37,568 nucleotides of DNA from Octopus bimaculoides (taxonomy: Eukaryota). The notes under the pieces are model-generated. The model was given only the letters and a program-made list of their open reading frames with translations. It was not told the DNA's origin and ran no database searches. The position numbers and the translations under genes are program-made. The stretch spans positions 102,985,774-103,023,341 of the forward strand of contig NC_068987.1 in assembly GCF_001194135.2 (NCBI RefSeq). The letters run 5' to 3'. This document shows positions 34,556 through 37,568 of this stretch, piece after piece. The stretch's first letter is position 1. Every line of letters begins with the position of its first letter.

Positions 34556-35764
34556 TTTAATAATTGTATTGATTTCTATGACAGTTACTGATCAAAACCA
34601 ATATTTTTAATAGTAATTCTGGTTTTAATATATATTACAGTAAGGTTTTCTAGCAAATAGAGTAGTTATGTTCGATAGTTATTATCTACTCGATTTAGTT
34701 GAACCTAGTGTCACATTTGTACTTACATCTACAAGTAGAGAAGCATTAACGTACCCATTCGTTCTGATAGAAAGAGCAGTCATGTTTCATTCAAATTACA
34801 AACTGAATTGGAAAGGAAAACATACGATAACTTAGTAAATATTACATTGCACATAATATAACCACACATGCTATAACCACAAGCTTTAAACATTTTAAGG
34901 GCAGGAAGCGGGAGATCTTATTGTAAGCATCACCTTTTCCCCTCCAAGGTAAATATCTACCCAAACTCTTCTTTAAAATCCTAAACTCTAACATTCTCCC
35001 ACTACCCTATCTTCAATACTACCGTATTCAATACTGCCTGCAGCTCACCTAACCCACCTAGTAGCAATAATACAATCCGTAGTGACCTAATAATAACAAA
35101 TTCACAGTATCTTCTCACAATACTATCCATACTATCCATACTATCCATATGACCACATATACTAGCGGTGATAACCCCTTCCCATCAAACACTGATGCCG
35201 ATTATACCACCAGTTCTTTACTGACAACAGACAATAGGAACTTGAACGCGCCAACGGTACACTTCAACCGCAGAGCAGGTAGGAAAACTTTCAATTGTCG
35301 AGAGTCTCAACTCTGCCTTTTGGACTTTTCTGTCTACACAAAAATTTAGACCAGAAGTGCTGTTATGACACCACGCATCTACTAAGCAAGGACCTATATC
35401 GGCGGTATTGTTTATTTCAAGCACTGCTACCGAACACACATGAACTCTGTATCCAATCTAAATTATCCAAATTGTAAATTATCTACCCCTTAGCAACTTA
35501 TATGCACAACCTTAAATCCTAAAAGGTTTCCTATACTCTATCCTGATCCATCGGAAATGAAGATCCAACATACAAAACAAACCTCGGTATTTGTAAATTG
35601 TGTTTAAGAAAATTGCTAGCCATCCTTCGCAACCACAACCCCTCTTTACCTAATAGATTCTCAATTGTAATACTCTATTGTAAACACAGTTTCTACTCAT
35701 CAATTGCCTATTTCATTAAATCTATGTCATCCCATAACTGTGATTATCCTTAATTGTAGTTAAC

Positions 35765-37550
35765 CTTGACATACGACTAGGTCGGTCTAGCAACTTACTC
35801 GCTCCACTAATCTCTCCCTTCTTACTAAATTCCTCCTTCTCATGATTACATTCGCAAATTCTTCTTACACACCACATCCCTACTCCCTCACACCCTCTTC
35901 ATCCAAACAAGTAGTTTTCTTTCCCCATGCTCTCATTTCTCTTCTTCAACTAAAATCTCTTAAAACTACTCTACTCAATTAGATACTAACCTATCAACCC
36001 CTCTCTCTTCACCTCTCTCTATTCAATATCATACATCTCTGCATACGTCAGTAATCCCCCTCCATTATCACCCCACGTTCATAATAGTACTAACCACTGT
36101 TATCTTGACTACCGACTCCCCACCTTCTATCCACATACCTCAATTCTCTCTCGTACCTTTCTACATACCTTAGTAATCTCCCTCTGCCAATTAAACACTC
36201 TCCCCCTCTAATAATTGCCATTCCTTTTCTCACAATCTCAATTTCCAATAATTCTAAAACCATTAAACCTAAACTTTGACACCTATATACAAATCCAACA
36301 ACATCTGACCAGCCTTCAATTACTATCTATCCTACCCATCCCATTCATCTCCTAACTCTTCACCTCTACTACTCCCGCCTTTAATACTCCCATTATCAAT
36401 CCACTCCCTCTTCCTGAACTAGCTCTCTTATCTCCTCTCACTATTCCCTGACTTAACATTCCCCATAACTTCATCGACCTCCTACTCTCCCCACCACCAC
36501 CACCACCATCTAATACAGCAAGCTCTCCACATTTAATCGTTTTAGCCTTGAATTTCTCTACATTAACGTTTGAAATATAACATCAATTCTACCCTAATGA
36601 CGAAAGCTCGTCTTATCCAATGTTGATTGCTTCCATTACGACTGCATATTGTGATGAACTACATCTACCAACATTATGATGGTTCTCCAGGACCCAAGAA
36701 ACAGTTGTTGAACCTGTAACACTTTTCTTCCTCCTCTTAAATTTTCTCTGTCGCTTGTACTTTGTATAAGTTGGCTATATTAAATAGATATCTATATATT
36801 TATACTCAAATATTCATCGTCTGGAAATTTCCATATTTTGCTTTCTCTCGTTTTCCAAGTATACATATATGCCTATTTTGTATTTCATAGCCAAACTATT
36901 AAACCTAATTTATTTAAGTTACTTATCCGCATAATTGCCTCTAATAAACACACGCGCACAAACACACACACACACACACATACACACACTCACTTACTCA
37001 CTTATAGTCCAGAAATGAGAGCCAGTAAAGTCGTAGGAATTTCAGAGAACTACTTTTGAATCTTTCTGGAGATGTGGCAAAAAGGCGAATACTACTGTTA
37101 TATGGCCTTCAAGCAGAAACCACTCAAGGAAAGGTTTGACTAGCATTTTCAGCAGCTCCAACAACTTCATATAGCCGTCTGAATTGAGACTAAGTCCTTC
37201 AAAGGTGTGGGGACGAATTCTGGCGTGTGGATGCAGTCAGAACACCTGTGCCGCGTCCTTTCGGCTGCGGCCTCGTAGTTACTGTTGTCCATGCCGCATC
37301 TTATAGACTTTACAATATTCACTGAGCATTCAACAGCAGTCATGATGTGCACATTTTGATTTCCGGCATGAATCGTTATGATAAAGGAAATATTTGTTCA
37401 ATATTCAGATAGTTTTCAATCCTCCATGTGAGCTATAGATTTCTCAAAAATAGTTTTAATCTTTATGCTTCTCAACGACATTCACTGTTCACGAATAATC
37501 AAGCTGTTCTTGAAAGATGACATAAAGATATTTAAAATTAGCCCACACAT
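35765..37550 (+). mobile_element. Heavily decayed non-LTR retrotransposon (CR1/L2/Jockey-like) with ORF1, endonuclease and RT remnants
   Basis: Motifs occur in the expected order on +. ORF1-like IRLGR...PLI.PF at 35771. APE start LEFLYINV*NITSILP**RKLVLSNVD / IASIT..CDELHLP at 36547-36670. RT VHAA-IDFT / AFNS at ~37290-37337. RT LNDI...IKLFLKDDIKIFK at 37471-37540. Large internal deletions are required, and the motifs were recognised by eye. Confidence 0.5.
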
Positions 37551-37568
37551 CTTTATATATATATATAT

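Noticed and set aside
1-37568. CRISPR arrays, rRNA genes, prokaryotic operons
   Set aside because: No regularly spaced repeat-spacer array or rRNA-like sequence; the DNA is animal nuclear.

Overview
AT-rich, microsatellite-dense animal genomic DNA from a gapped scaffold; every N-run is flanked by (TA)n. The SINE repertoire matches, from memory, that of octopod cephalopods (taxon inferred, not proven). I recognise no intact protein-coding gene, and most ORFs in the track are microsatellite or N artefacts. The main structure is six initiator tRNA-Met(CAT) loci in mirror arrangement. Three lie on + (4135 decayed, ~4897 decayed, 8478 near-intact) and three on - (24350 decayed, 23599 near-intact, 19917 near-intact). 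The DNA between them is homologous in inverted orientation, so they arose from one old inverted duplication of a three-tRNA cassette (arms ~3.9-8.6 kb and ~19.9-24.6 kb). The arms share one ancestral SINE and later gained different insertions. The rest is about 16 SINE copies, three TIR elements (one nested in a SINE with a TA duplication), a decayed Tc1 transposon, a Tc1/mariner transposase tail, a decayed LINE at the right end and a young 120-bp direct duplication.
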